A DNA stretch of 64,000 nt from Monocercomonoides exilis PA203 (Eukaryota > Protista > Preaxostyla). Numbering within the stretch: position 1 is the stretch's first letter; each line of letters begins with the position of its first letter. The notes beneath the pieces are model-generated. The model was not told the DNA's origin. It saw nothing but the letters and a program-made list of their open reading frames with translations, and made no database searches. Positions 9,061 through 23,143 of the stretch are shown in pieces. The stretch covers positions 248,001 to 312,000 of the forward strand of contig LSRY02000045.1 of the NCBI GenBank assembly GCA_001643675.2. Direction: 5' to 3'. The position numbers were made by a program, and so were the translations under genes.

Positions 9061-12000
9061 TCGAAATATTTTTGCTGGATGAAATAACGGCAAATCCCAG
9101 GTCTGAAGGAGAGCATCCAATAAAATCATCCGTATTTGTGCTGGCACTGCCACAACAGCCAATAACTGCCTTTGAGGTGAAAAAACAAAATTCTGCCACA
9201 GCCCATCGTCTCTCCTTACACCCCTCCCAATCGCTGTTTCCATTGCTCCCATCCCCTTCCCCGCTGTATTGGTTCACCCAGGTGCCCGGATCATCGAAAA
9301 ATTCTTCTGTTGCAAAACATCCCCAGCTGCGCCCTGCTGAGAAATAAAATCCGAAAAAATAGAAATAAAAAAGGTGCAACACGTCAACGGCTCCCTCGAG
9401 AGGCAAACAAAATGGCACACTTCCATCAGCATTGCAGAAAAGATAACATAGTAAAAGGAAACAACGCCACTCACCGACACCAAGCTGCCCCACAAGCCCA
9501 CTCATACCGCCAACTCACAACATTTTGCAGGCACAGCGCATAGAAAGAGGCATCACAAACATGCTCCATGCACAGGCACAGCCATCTGGCCGATAAATCG
9601 CTGCCTCATTTCCCAGGCACCCCAGAGGCTCGGCACCCGTACCACCTCAAGGATCGAATCACACCCCTCAGGGTATGCCATGTGCTATGTCTGTTCCTGG
9701 CTGCAAAACTTCTCTCAACACGCTTTCAGCTTTTTCTGTTTTCATTTGATCTGATTGCATAAACCAATTCATCAATCTATTTGAAAAAAATATTTTTTTT
9801 TTTTGAAATTAAAAATATATTTTTAATAATATTTGTAAAGAAGAAAAATGCCATTTCCCCTGATTTCTGTGTGTCCAGACTCCTCCAAATCCATTTTCTC
9901 AGCCATTTCTAAAGAATTCATTTGCCCTGGCTCCTTTTTAAAGGCAATAACGTGTGTTCATTCCCTTATATTTTTTCACACAGGGGAATGTCATTCAAAC
10001 AGACAGATAAATAAATATGTTTTGAGTGGAACTGAGCGAAAAAGAAATCAACAATGCGAATGAGAACAAAACAGAGAATACAGAGATTGAAATCTCTCTG
10101 AAAAAATACAAAATATTTTTTTGTGAATTTTGAAAGACATTTTCAATCCCTTCATGCACATCACAATTCAAATGCCTCCCTTTCCTTCATCTTCCTTCTC
10201 TTGTTTCAGCAAGCTCCACACCCTCCCAATGTTCTCCATTTCCCTCTTCTTTCCTCTCCCTTCCAAAAATACAACTGCCCCTCAACCTCACTCAACAAAC
10301 ACATCTGCTCCATGGGGCATATGCCCATCCAGCATCCTTTCCTCCGCTTCATCTTCACCCCCCTCCAACAACTGCCTGCCACTCACCATCCTCTCTCATT
10401 TCTTCTGTCTGCTTTCCCCATCCTTTCGGCTCCGAAACACACAGCATCTGTCGCCTCCATCAACATTGCCAACAACCTTGCTGAGCGTGGAATCATCACA
10501 CCCACAAACACTCCTCACCCCATTTCATTTGCCCAGCCACACCATCTTCCTCTTCACCTTCCTTCTTCCTCCTCCTTCTCCCTTTCCATTCCATCCCAAT
10601 CCCCTGCCCCTCTGCTTTTCTTCTTTCCAACTCCCTTCCAAAGACACCTCCAAGCAGGCTGCCAACTTCCCCTTCCATCACCTTCCTCATCCTCATCCTT
10701 TTTGCAAAACAGACACATCTCAATCACTCCCAACAACATCCAGCCCCTCCCTTCTGCTCATTCACAAACACATTCCCCCAAAGACACAAATGTCAAAAGG
10801 GAATGCCAAAGGCAATGCAACCTCCTCCACACACACTTTCCAATGTTATCAATGATGAGCAGCCACACCACAAGGCTGGCAATAACTCACAAAAGAAGGA
10901 TAAACAACACAACTGATTCTTTTTTCTTTTCCCCCACGAACTGAGTTTCATCCACCATTCCACCTTGCTCTTTCATCTTCATTTCCCTCTGCTCCCTTCT
11001 CCCAACTCGTTCTGGACGAGACATCTCATTCCTCCACCAACCTCTCAAAAATCACTAACTACTCCATTCTCCACAAATGCATCCTTCTCGTTTTCCCAGA
11101 TATCTGATTGCAAAAGAAAACAAACTGCATGAACCAGCCCCACCGTTTCTATCAAAAAATTCATCTTTCCATATCCTCAAATACAGTTTAAAAAAACCAT
11201 CACTCATTCGATATGGAACACATATGAATTGAAACTTATGAGATGGCCAAAGAATGTGCATCCTGCTCAAAATTCACTCAGACACACCAATTGATAATTC
11301 AATCCTTGCTCAGTTCACAGAACTTTTTTGACAATCCCAATCAAAAAATGTCCATCTTGTTGTCTTTCCTTTTGCTTCATGCAAGGCTTCATTCACAAAC
11401 AGATTCAAAATTATTCCTCTTCTCATTTCTAACCTTTTGCATTCTTTCTTTTTCACTTCCCTTTCCATGAACTCATAACACTGATGATCGCCAAAGTGCT
11501 TGCGTTTCTGGCCTTGATGACTCCAATTCAAAAACCAAGCGCTTTGTCATATTTCCTTCCACAAGCAAAAAATCAAAGACGGATAAACAATCCTTGTTTC
11601 TTCTGATTGATTGATTCACACACTGGGCTCAGATGGATTTTCTAAATAATGTTGATGAAGATAACAAATCGAAACAGGGGATGGCGATGAAGAATGGCTG
11701 AAAAAGAGACGCTCCAAGTGGTAATCAAATGGCATTTCAGTCGAAGACAAATGCCTTTCTAACACAAGAAAATCATATTGTTTTGTCTCTTTGGGTGGTT
11801 GAGGGATGTTGATCCAATTTCCCAGATCGAGTGTTGGCGAATATGAAGAAGAAGAAAAAACGTTTGAGAACATGGAAAGAGAATATGACTCACGAGGGAA
11901 AGAGAAAATTAGGATAAATGAAAATTATCCATTTGTATCTATGTTGGATTTCACAATGAAGTTGAAAGATGGTCCCAGACGTTGTCCAACATGAGAAGAT

Positions 12001-13273
12001 TGAAAGAATTGTTCAAAAGTGCAACAAGGATGAAACATGACAAGAACAAGATTTGGCATTGTCTTTCCTTTTCCTTCCCTTTATTAAAAAAAAACCATTT
12101 ATTCAGGAGAAAAGAAGGATATGAAGCAATCCAGGTGCTGAATGATAAATAAATACATTGTCGATATTTTCTCCCTCTTATTATCTCATGCTCATCACGA
12201 GCACCAAACTTCAGAAAGAAAGACTAAAATTCTCATCTTTTCTGCTCATTTGGCACTCAAACAGCAAGAATTGGCAAGGTTGTTGAGCTGCCCCACAAAC
12301 AATCCCCTGTCCCCATTTCTCTTCCAGCCTCTGCCCTTTCAACCAAAATACTTCAAATTGAGCCATCGTTCATTCATCAATCTCTCCAATCTGTTATGGA
12401 AAATGATCAAATGAAGTTAAATGATAAAAAAACTGCACAACAGAATGAGAAATCAAGACGTCAAACATTCCAGCTGGGATGAGTGAATTATTTCCAGTGA
12501 AAAGGTTGGGTATTGCAAAAGAATATCTGTTTGATGGAAGATGAAATTGTTCATTTTGATTGATGGAATGCTGTGGGGCTATGACATTTTCAATGTGAAT
12601 GTGAAATTTTCAATGTATGTATTTTTTATTGTTCTGTTGATTGTGAAAATGTTATCATCTGTATCCTCTCCAAAGTCGTGATTCAGACGATTTATTTAAA
12701 ATGGACAATTTATTCTTTGCAGAGCAGAACAGCGAGGAAGCGAGACAAATGCTATCTTACAAATATATTGGAGCCTGAATGTATTTTATCATAAATATTT
12801 ATGTGACTTATTTTGGACTCAACATGCGCGATGGATAGAAATGCGATGAAAAATGAATTTTAATGGAGCGGATATTAACAGGGTTGGAAGATATTCAAGG
12901 ACAAAAGGAAGAATGATCGATGCATCTGAAAAGGGAGTTTTTTAAAAAGATGGTGGGGACATTTTCAGAAAAAGCATTGTAGGAAAGATTGGTGTAAATG
13001 AGAGAAACAGGAGATTGAAATCAGTTTAAGCAGAGCAAGGCGCATTTCTTGGGATGAGAAGGGCAAGACATTGATTTTATGGAATGAGGGGAGGGATAGA
13101 ATGGAACTTTATTGCTTGGCTTGAGAGCCGTAAATACGAGAAAATCTGTTGATTTAGCGTTATACAGGTATCTTGGGGTGGATAACAGGCAAAATGGACT
13201 TTGATCGTTTGACCTTTATCTCTAGCCTTGTGTCATTGAAGCAATATCCACAAGAGTAGAGAACAAGGTTTTT

Positions 13274-14430
13274 TTGAAGCCATCTTCGACCAGAAAATAT
13301 CCGTTATTTGAGATTTCGATAACATCGACTTCATCTACTTCATCGACTTCATTGTCTTTTTCGACTTTTTCGTCTATTCTCCCCCTTCTTCTTCATTCTC
13401 ATTGTTTTTGTCAGCCTTATCTGTCTCATTGCCATCATGTTTTCGTATGCACCTCCAAATGATATGAAATTGTGTATTTTTTCCCCCACTTTTGATTATC
13501 ACCTTCACCATCACCTTCACCATTACCTTCTTCTTCTTCTCTTTCCTTTTCTTCCTTTTCTTCTCCGCCTTCATCACCTTCATCACCTTCTGCAAGTGTT
13601 TTTTCTTCATCGTATTCAACTAATTTTTATATTTCTTCGTCTTCTTCTTTGTCTTCACTTCTTTTCCCCGCACCATGAATTCATCCTCCTCCATTTTCTG
13701 CTTCCTCTTCAGTCGAAACGCCAAATGCATTTGATCCGCATTGTCCTGCTGCTGAGTCTTCTCCTTCTCGAAACAATTGTCAAACGAAGAATATTTCTGG
13801 CTGGTTGTCATCTGTGTGAAACAGCCTGTTTGCCGTTTTTGACTTTGTGTCAGAGCATGCCAAGAGAGAAACGACGAATTTCGTTTTGAAATGATTCTCT
13901 GAAGACTATAATTCTATTGATGCTGTTAATTCCTCTTTTTCCTCTTCTCCTTTTTTTTTCCTCTTCCTCTTCTTCTCCTCCTTCTTATTCTTCTTCCTCT
14001 TCTCGTTTTCTTCTTCTTCCAACAACATCACTTCTTCACCGTCTTTTTCTTCTTCTCAAGCAGACTTCCCTTTTTTCAATGTGAAGCACACCATATCACC
14101 CTGCTGTGCCATCACTGCCTCAACTGACTTTGGATCAATTCTCTCATGTTGTGTGCAACCTGCCACCAGAAAATGAATCACAGTCATGGACGAAGGATGA
14201 TGCAGCCTCCCTGTCCAACATTCACTCCAGTCAAATAGCATTACGCACTGAGGATGCGCAAGAACAATATGCAGCGATTACTCCTCGAGAACACTCACTT
14301 CCTCTTCGTCTTTTTTTCTTTCTTTCACTTCAGCATTGGCAGCTCCTTTTTTTTCTTTTTTCTTTTTCTTTTTCTTTTTCTGGGACATTTCCAATCCCAA
14401 ACAAGGTTCTAACTTTTCCTTCATAATAGT
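13274..14430 (-). pseudogene. Decayed low-complexity (Glu/Lys/Asp-rich) hypothetical gene
   Basis: Broken minus-strand ORFs with coding-like purine bias; a short motif near 13432 resembles motifs near 61797 and 63543. Boundaries approximate. Confidence 0.3.
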
Positions 14431-16859
14431 CCTCAAGCTGAACGCATTTCAACCATCGAGCTCGGCTTTGAGCCTTATCAAAGAAAGAGAGTTGCAACAA
14501 ACAATCGTTGCTGCTCTTTGGAAACAACATCATCTTGCTCTGCCTGTTCAGCCACCTGTTGCACTCCCTTGTCCATTTCGAATGTTTCATCTGTGTCGAG
14601 CGATGGACGAAGTGCTCTGTCAACGGCAGAAAGGTTTTGAAACAGCATCAACTGCACAACCTTTCTGTTCCACTGTGGGTTGTGCTATTTTGAAAGGGAA
14701 AGAGGAGGGAAAGAAACATGAGGCCGAGCGAGGGGTGGGAAGCTGGAGGAGGAAGCGAGCAGATTTGACTGGCATTCGAGATGATTTTGCGCATTGCAGA
14801 GAACAATCACAACAGAGCAAGAAGGAATTTGAAGGGGAAAGAGAGAGATAGAGAAAGAGAAAGAGAGAGAGAAGCTAATGAAGCATATGCTGATGTTCAA
14901 GCAGGTGGCAAAGCAGCTGCAAGGTTTGGTGAGCAGCAAGATGAATGCGCGTGCACATTGCGAGAAGCTGCTGATGATTCACACATGCAAAGCAATGCCA
15001 TTGCAGCTGTGTGGCCGGCTGTTTCCGGAAATACAGAGAAACGAAAAGAGGGATGAGATGCTGTTTATGAGAACGTATGAGATGGAAGAGGAGGTGTTGC
15101 CTATGGGTCCGTTTGGCTCGACTGGATTGCAGACAGCAGAAAGAGAGACAAGAATGGGAGTGATTTGAGAGATAGAAATGGGGCTGATAAAGCGATTGCT
15201 GCAATTTCTTCTTCTTCTTCTTCTTCTTCATCGTCATCTTCTTCTTCTACTCCTCCTTCCACTTCTTCTTCTTCATATAAACTCCTTTTTGTTTAGTCTT
15301 TTTTCACAAACAGGCGATTGTCCTGCCCTTCTCCAGCGCCATTGCCCTCGAAACTCTGATTCATCGAGCTCTCTCCTCACTTTCATTCTTCCTCCTCTCA
15401 GCAAACAGACACCTCTTTTGTCCATTTCAGACAACATCATCACACCCAGACAGGCAGCAAAAGAGAAGAATAACATTAATATTGAAATTCTTCAACGAAC
15501 ACACACAAACAATAAAGTTCATTTCATTCACCCCATTTCCAGTTATTTTGACAAAACCATTCATCATCTATATCATCATCATCATCATCATCATTTCCAA
15601 CAATCAAAAATGAATGACCCTCACTTCCTTCAAAAATGATATTGCTTTTGTCTTCATTCTGCTTCAGGGCTGTATTCAACTCATCTGCTCCATCTGCCGT
15701 CTTTTTTGAATGCAAGCCTTTCATTCTTCGTGTGGCCAAGTCAAATCTTCTGTCATAAGATTCTATTTGATCGTGCTCACGACAGATTTGGGATGATAAA
15801 AGAAAAGAAAGCCCAACTGGATTTATTGTGGCTGAATGGGCATATGGACAAGTCAGAAAAGAGGGAGGATGGATATATGGAGTTTGGAGAGAAGATATGC
15901 TTTTTGAGGAGAAAGCAGGATGTCTTGAAGGGGAAAGGAACGACAAAAGGATGTTTTTTGGGGGGAGAAAGAGGTATTTTTGTGAGGTTTAAGAGGCAAA
16001 ATGGATGTGTGGGAGATGGATTGGGATGAGGTTGGGAGGGGTTGTTGTTGAGATTTTTGTGAATTGGGAAGGAGTGGGAATTGTGTTAATTATTGGAGAA
16101 AAGGAATTTGTTGTGTTGAAGGTGGGATAAGAGGAAAGATAAGAAGGGTGGAGTGAATGGAACATATTTATTGGAGGAGAGGACAAGAGTTAGATGGGAA
16201 ATGGAGAGATATGGAAAAGGGATTATTTTTTTTTTTATGTATCGAGAGAGGGAGGGTTCATATGAAGCGGAGCAAGAGGGAGAATTTTTGCTGATGTATG
16301 TTTGATAAGAAAGAGAAGTGGGGTTGAAGAAAAAAAAGTGAAGAAAAATTTTTTTCATATTTTTATATAAATTATTGGATGGACCCTTTGGCCGCGCCAG
16401 GCGATTGCGGGGCAAGGGATGGAAGCTGAGGCGGAGGAAGGCAGGAAGAAGGAACATCAGTGTTGGCGCTTTGCATTGGGGGTGTGGAGACAGGGGTGCG
16501 ACAGGGATGGAGCGAGATGAGGGGTTTACCATGAGAGAGTGTCTTGCACCAAAGAGAGGCAAAATATTGGAGGCATTTATATTTTTGATTGGGAAAAGGA
16601 TATTTGGAGAAGGGGATGTTGGAAGTGAAGGAGAAGGGATTTTGCAATCGTTTGTTATGAAAGTTGGGGAAAGTGGATTGTGGGCAGAGTTGCTTGGTTT
16701 TTGTGGAGAGGGAGCATGGATGGACTGGGATGTGGGTGAGATGGTGTGATGTTGTTGCTTTGAGGGGAAATGTGGAGAAGAAGAAGGCAATGCAGAGAAA
16801 AGGGGTGAGACGTGTTAATCAGATGGAACATTCTTCTATACCAGTTTTTTTTATAGAAT

Positions 16860-17150
16860 GGAGCTGGTTGAGTTATTTGAGCGAAAGAATAATGAAAAGT
16901 TGGGCTTTGGCTGATTTTTTTTGAGGAAGCAGAAGGGAAGCGAAGAAGGGGCAGATGGGTTTTGTTGGCAAAACGGAGAAATATTTGGAGGAGGAGAAGA
17001 AAGTTTGAAAAGAATGAACATCATAAAAGATATAGGTTTGCTTATTATGATTATTTTTAATTTCATCATTTATTATTATTTTTGTTGAAATTAGAATATT
17101 TTTTCAGGTATATTTACTGCGAATAATAAGCCTATAGAATATGGAAAGAG
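16860..17150 (+). repeat. Conserved upstream segment of the receptor family; paralogous copy at ~63725-64000
   Basis: TTTTTGAGGAAGCAGAAGGGAAGCGAAG...AAAAGATATAGGTTTGC...GAAATTAGAATATTT...TATATTTACTGCGAAT...GCCTATAGAATATGGAAAGAGAGG at both sites. Confidence 0.8.
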
Positions 17151-17519
17151 AGGATGTAAAATGCATTAAAGAAGTCAGAAAATAATAATTGAAGGGTGTA
17201 TGAAAGAATGAGCAGTTGCAAAAAATAAATGAAATAAAATGAAATGAAGATATATTTTTTTTTTCCCTTTTTTGAAGGTTTTGGAAGACATATACGATGA
17301 ATCTTGTTAAAAGCAAAAAGAGGGAAACAGAAATTGATGATAAGACAGAAGAAGAAATTTGGCAAATAATTGAGAAGAAAAATATGTTTATAAGAAATTT
17401 GAATGAAAGAGAAAATATGAATAAGGCGAAGAAAGAAGGGAGGGGAAAATCAGAGATATGATTTTTTAGAGATATTTGAAGAAAAGTTGGAAAAAGGAAG
17501 AAGATGAGATATTTTTTTT

Positions 17520-19700
17520 GTGAGGGAGTTATTGAACACGTCGGTTGAGTTAAATCAAATTTTATTGGAGAATTATGATAATTGTTGTTCAGTGTGTGGA
17601 ATGAAGGGAAGTGTGGTTGTGGTGAGGGGATGTGGTGTGGAGATGGGGAGAGGCAAGGAGGCAGGGGTGTTTGAGCTGGGTGGGTGCAGAGGGGTGTTTT
17701 GGAACATCACGCTGAGAGGGATTGGAAGGGGAGGAAATGTGTGTGGGAGACTGTTTGGAGGAGAGGGGAGGATGGGGCAGACGAGGAGTGAGAGAGAAGG
17801 TGGGGGAGGAGGAGGAGGAGGATGGGGAAGAGGAAGCGGAAGAGATGAAGTAGGAGAGAGAGGAGAACAACGAGGAGGTGGTGAAGGAAGAAGAGGTGGA
17901 GAAGGAAGAGAAGAAGGAAGAGAAGAAGAAAGCGAAGGAGGAGGGAGTGTATTGGTGAGTGAGTCGCACTTCTCATCTTTTTGTGTGTCTTCAGCCCCGT
18001 TTCTGGCACCTCCCCTGATACGCCTTGTATCTCTCACCCAGCTGACCTTCTTCAACATCTCCACAAATCCATCGAAAACAACACATCTGGGTGAAGGGCT
18101 GAGCCAAACCTCGTTTCTGATGAGTGGGTGCACATTTTCATCGGTGTTGGATGTTTGTGACGGGGGCATTGTCCCTTCACTGAACAGCCCCTCATCATCC
18201 TTGGCTGCCTCGAACACCTCGTTTGTCGGATGCTATCGCTCTCAGAATGTTGTAGTCAGCGGGAGTGAAGGGAATCCATCGAAACCAGCGAGACAGAATC
18301 AGACAGACAATGGGGCAAATTCATTCACTTGGTGCGAGTGGAATGGCTCAAATACAACCGGGACAAGTAATTCTTATACAGATGGAGTTTCGAGTGGAGG
18401 GGCGATTAATATGTATAATCTGGGATCTGGTACACTTTCAGTGAAATTTTGTTCTTTCAACAACTGCTATGCATATTATGCTGGGGGAGGTATTTTTTGC
18501 TATTCAATCAATTCCATCAAGATTGAGAACAATTCGTTCAATGCATGTACCGCAAAAAATAATGCAGGAGGAGGGATAAATGTTGGCTATATTTCAGAAT
18601 GTGTCAGGATCGGAGGTTGCGAGTTCCAGAATTGTAAGGCAAGTGGTACAGGAGGGGGGCTTGATCTTTATAACTTTAATGTTTCTGGATCTTCATGTAT
18701 TGGAACGGAAAGCGACAATGGAGAGAGCGCTTGTGTGTTTGAGTGTTTCTTCACTTCGTGTTCTCTTACAGGTTCAAGTGGCGGAGGGTTGCTTTGTGAA
18801 AGCGTTCCAGCTGCATTCAAAATGAGGAGCCTCCAATTTATTTCGTGCTCGGCAGTGTCATATGGTGGAGGATTTTGGTTTAATCCAAGTCGATCAACAG
18901 CTCCAAGCAACAACATTTATTGTTATTTCTTCTTCTTCCATGATTGCAGTTGCAGTAATTCCACTCCATATGGGCACGATGTGTATTTTCGAGATGCTAA
19001 CAATCTCTTTTCGTCATACAACCCGTTCTATGAATCGTACACAACGAATAGCAATGATAAGAGAGTGTGCTATAATGGTAATAGTCTTCAACATACAGAA
19101 AAGAAGGATTGGCTGAAGGAAGGGATGAAAGATCGATATGTTGGGGCGAGTGGGGATGACGCAAACAATCTGTGTGGGATGAGTGAGGCAGCACCTTGCA
19201 AGACAGTGGGGCATGCAGTGGGGTCGAGCATGGCGCAGCTGAGCTCGACAATCACAGTGCTGAGTGGGAAGCATGTGAGTGAAGAGGCGACGATCAGTGT
19301 TGGGGATAAGAAGATTTCTGTTTTGGGGAGAGGGAAGGCAGTGAGTGTGATTGGGACAAATTCTCTTTCTTCGACTTCGCCAACGCTGTTTAGCATATCT
19401 TCTGGCCAACTGGAGGTGGGGCATGTGGGGATCGATCACAATGCAACAAGAAGCCCATCGCCGAGTGTGTTTGTGGTGTCTGTGGGGAGCGGGACTCTTT
19501 CACTGGAGGATGTTTTGATCAACTCTTCGACATCAGGAGGGAGTGGAATGACGAAGTGCGTGTTTGAAGTGGAGCTGAGGCAGCTGAAAACGATTGATGT
19601 GGAGATAGAAAATATGAAAGTGAGCCAACTTCTGTTTGTCGAACCATCATCAGTAGGATTGGCATTGGGAGAAAATTGGTTGTTGTTTATTTTGTTCTGA
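17520..19700 (+). pseudogene. 3'-truncated copy of the beta-solenoid receptor gene (726 aa ORF; real start probably upstream)
   Basis: Colinear with 48120-50250; homology stops near 19660, where AT-rich DNA begins; no TM segment or kinase tail. Confidence 0.8.
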
Positions 19701-20822
19701 CTGCACAACACGCAAACTGAAGAGAGAAAAAAAAATAGAAATTATGAAGTTTTATTTTTATTATCTTTTTTATTAAAGTATCAGGTGGTGAAGTGTTATT
19801 TTTTTATTGAGCATACGTATGCTTCACGAAAAAGAATTTTTTTTATGAATATGATTTGTTAATAAAACTTTTGTGGATGCATGAAAAGATGAAATAAATG
19901 AAAAAAGCCACAAAAAAACAATGATTTTATCATAAATAATGAATGAATTAAAATATCTATTTCTCTGAACAAAACGGGCAAGATGCTACTTTAAGGGAAC
20001 CTGCTTTTTTCGTTAAATCCATGAATAAATTGCAAAAAAACGCGATGTTAAAATATTATAAATGAGTTTGGTTAACAATAACCAATTGATCAAAACACAA
20101 AATGATTGAGTAGTTTTTTATTCAAATCTTTCGTTTTACGAGACTTTTTTCAAACTTCCTTTAAATTTTTAAATTGCGTAATTATAAACCCTGACATTAA
20201 CAAATTGCCCTTTCAAACTAATTATAAAACATAAAAAATGTCTTTTAATTGTTATTTAAATAATTCAACAAATATATTTTTTCAAAATTTCTTTTAGGGA
20301 ACATTTGTTTTTGAGAAAGAAAACCCAAAAAAAGTCAAATGATAAAAAAACATTTAATCGTCACCAAAGAATGTTGATGATAGTCCACTTGAAAACATTT
20401 AGCCTTTTCATAATGCTTATTTTTAATATTTCAGGCACCCTTTAAGTGACCTGTGTGACATAAAGAAAGTAAAAAGTTCATCACGTCCGCCATCAATTAT
20501 CCACGGCAAATTCGCGTTTTATTGGACATCGAAAAATTGATTTAATTGTTGATAGAAATGTTTATTAATCAAATATATTCATGTTTCGGTTATATAAAAA
20601 GCGCGGAAGTTAGTCAAAATCAGGTTAAAAAATTTTCTTTTCCAAAATATATATGATTGTGGGTTTATGAAAAAAGTTGAAAAATCGAAAAAATTGTCAA
20701 CTGTAATGATTCATCTTCTCATTCTGATGAATCTGCTCCATCAGACAATCCCAAGCCATCACTTTTGGGATAAATTTAACAAATGTGATGTTAAAAAAAT
20801 TAAAAAAATGAAAAAAAGGAAA

Positions 20823-20894
20823 TGTGCAGTAGGATTTGAACCATTGACCATATTATTAATACAAGAAAAATCCTAACAACATGACCATTGCTTC
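20823..20894 (-). pseudogene. Degenerate tRNA-like relic
   Basis: B-box GGTTCAAATCC on the minus strand with a weak A-box (TGGTCATGTTGTTAGG) at tRNA-like spacing; stems pair poorly. Confidence 0.3.
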
Positions 20895-21740
20895 ACTCAA
20901 AAGGATTCTATTCAAAATTATTCTTTTATTTTTTTCCCTAACCCTAAAACAAAACAAAATTCAAAAATGTTGATTAAAATTCAAACCCTAACCCTAAAGC
21001 CACAATTGAAACGAATATTGATAGAGAAATGAAAACCTAAAAAGAAAACAATAGGTTTGTCAAAATTTTCCGAAAACTGTTCCAGTGAACCCTCTTCATT
21101 AATAAATGCAAAAATTCAATAAAAAACTGAAATTTACATTTGTCTTGAAAAAGCTATTAAAGAACTTTATCTGTTTTTCAATAACACTAATTAGGAATTG
21201 ACCCAAAATTGTAATATTTTCGAAATATTTTTTGTTTTTTTAGAAAATGTTTTCCGCGCATAAAAACTATTTTTAAATTGAACGAAATACATATTAAAGT
21301 ATGTTAGAAGCAAAAAAACAAGAATTTTCGTTGTCCGATATAACGCAATTATGCCTTATCCACTACCAAAAAAAGGAAAAAAAGGTGTAATAAATTGAAA
21401 TAAATTGAAAAAAAAAAAAAAAAATAGAAAAATTTGACAAAAAATCATAATTAATTTGAAAGAAATATGGAAAAAAATGTTAAATTTTTTTTGAAAAGTC
21501 CATTTTGTTTAATTTTCAAATAAAATAAAAATTACAAACTTCGATCAAAATTCTGTTAACACTTACGTAACTTTTCTGAAATGGAAATAATTACATTGCT
21601 AAGATTTTGTTTTTATGACAGCCAAAATTGGAGAATGAAAACAGAAATTTGATCAAAATATGAAATATTCTTTTGTTTGAAAATTAAACAAAAGGAACTA
21701 TTAAAAATATATTTTTAACATATTTGTAAATGCTATCTTT

Positions 21741-23143
21741 GGAAGAGGGTAACAATACACCACAATCCAAAATATATATATTTTTGCAGATAATTACTAG
21801 TTACACATTTGCAGGAAAGAATTATCATATCAAACCTCCGGGTTTATGATAGATAATATTTTTAAATTTTGGAAAAATATCTTCTTTTTATGGGATGGAT
21901 TAAATTTGACGCATTTATGTCTCACATTCTGGATCGCAAATCAAATATTTTTCAAAAAACAAAATTGTTCCAAGATAATGAGGCAATGTGGAATAGGATA
22001 ATGAGATTTATGCCATTAGCAGTGAACAGAAGATGCCCAAAGTGCAGGAAAAATTACTCCATAGAAGCTCGAGATAATTGCAGAAATTAGAGGTGTAACA
22101 AATGTGGAAAATATTGCTAATTGTTAGGATTGACTCCTTTGAAAAATTCAAAAATACCAATAGAGAAAATTATGATGATATTTCTGTGTTTCTGGATCAA
22201 CATAGAAATATATCAGTGGCGCTTATTGACTGATGTTTCAAGACAAACTGTTGGTGGTTTTTATTCCATTGGAAGAGCATGCATAGCTGATAACTGTTAT
22301 CCATCTTTCGAAAAGCTTGATTATCAATTATTATTCCCAGACGTAGATGAGTCAATTCAACGAAAAAGATAGTTTCGAAAAGGAAGAAGAAAGAAACAGA
22401 TATGGTTATTTGGAATAATAGAAAGAAAACATGATGGAAAAAAAGGGAAATGTTTGATTGTGAGAGTGAAAAACAGAAAAGAGAAATTTTCATAACAATA
22501 ATCGAAAAAAACACAATTCCAGGATCAACTATTTACTCAGATGAGGTGAAAGCCTTCAGCTCTATATCATCTTTAGGTTATGATCATCACTCTATTTGTC
22601 ACAAATACAATTTTGTAGATCCAGAAAGTGGCATTTGCACATTATTGATTGAAAGTACTTGGTCAAGCTTTCGAAAATCTCTTCCTCGAAATGGAATTAT
22701 AGAAAAATATATTGATGGCTTTGTGACGAGCTTTCTTGGAAAACGATCAGAAACACTTTAATTTGAAGATTTCATTCAAAAATTACTCGTTTATAATCCC
22801 TTAAATGTTGAAAAAGAAATTGATGAAACAGAAGAAGATGAAACCGAAGAATCTGATGAAAGTGATGTGCCAGTTTTAAATGATAATGATGAAGAAACTG
22901 AAGATGAAATTGATTCTTTAGGAGCGGGCAATGGAACAGATGCATTCGAGTACGAATTGTGACAATTATATTTTTTTAATTCGCATGTTGACCCTAAATA
23001 ATATATTTTCTATGAAAATTCATTTTTGTATTTCTTCAAAACTCGGAGTTGGAAGTAACAGAAAATATTATAAAACTATGAATATTGACATGCAGAACAC
23101 AATATCAATGAATTTGGGTTGTGGTGTATTATTTCCTTCTGCC
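21741..23143 (+). mobile_element. Merlin (IS1595/ISXO2-like) DNA transposon, decayed
   Basis: Imperfect ~33 bp TIRs: GGAAGAGGGTAACAATACACCACAATCCAAAAT vs revcomp GGCAGAAGGAAATAATACACCACAACCCAAATT. 8-bp TSD CTATCTTT/ATATCTTT. Transposase remnants inside. Confidence 0.85.
21890..22962 (+). pseudogene. IS1595-family DDE transposase with stops/frameshifts
   Basis: CPKC zinc ribbon, DVDES, then PGSTIYSDE...GYDHHSICHKYNFVDPESGICTLLIESTW; acidic C-tail. Confidence 0.85.

Noticed and set aside
10123-10944. 273-aa and 241-aa plus-strand ORFs
   Set aside because: Pro/Ser/His-rich antisense shadows of purine-rich decayed minus-strand sequence; no domain recognised.
19985-20445. Kolobok-like TTAA-bounded element (also CCTTTAA motifs near 27270 and 48061)
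   Set aside because: Only short terminal motifs in AT-rich DNA; no convincing paired TIRs or transposase.
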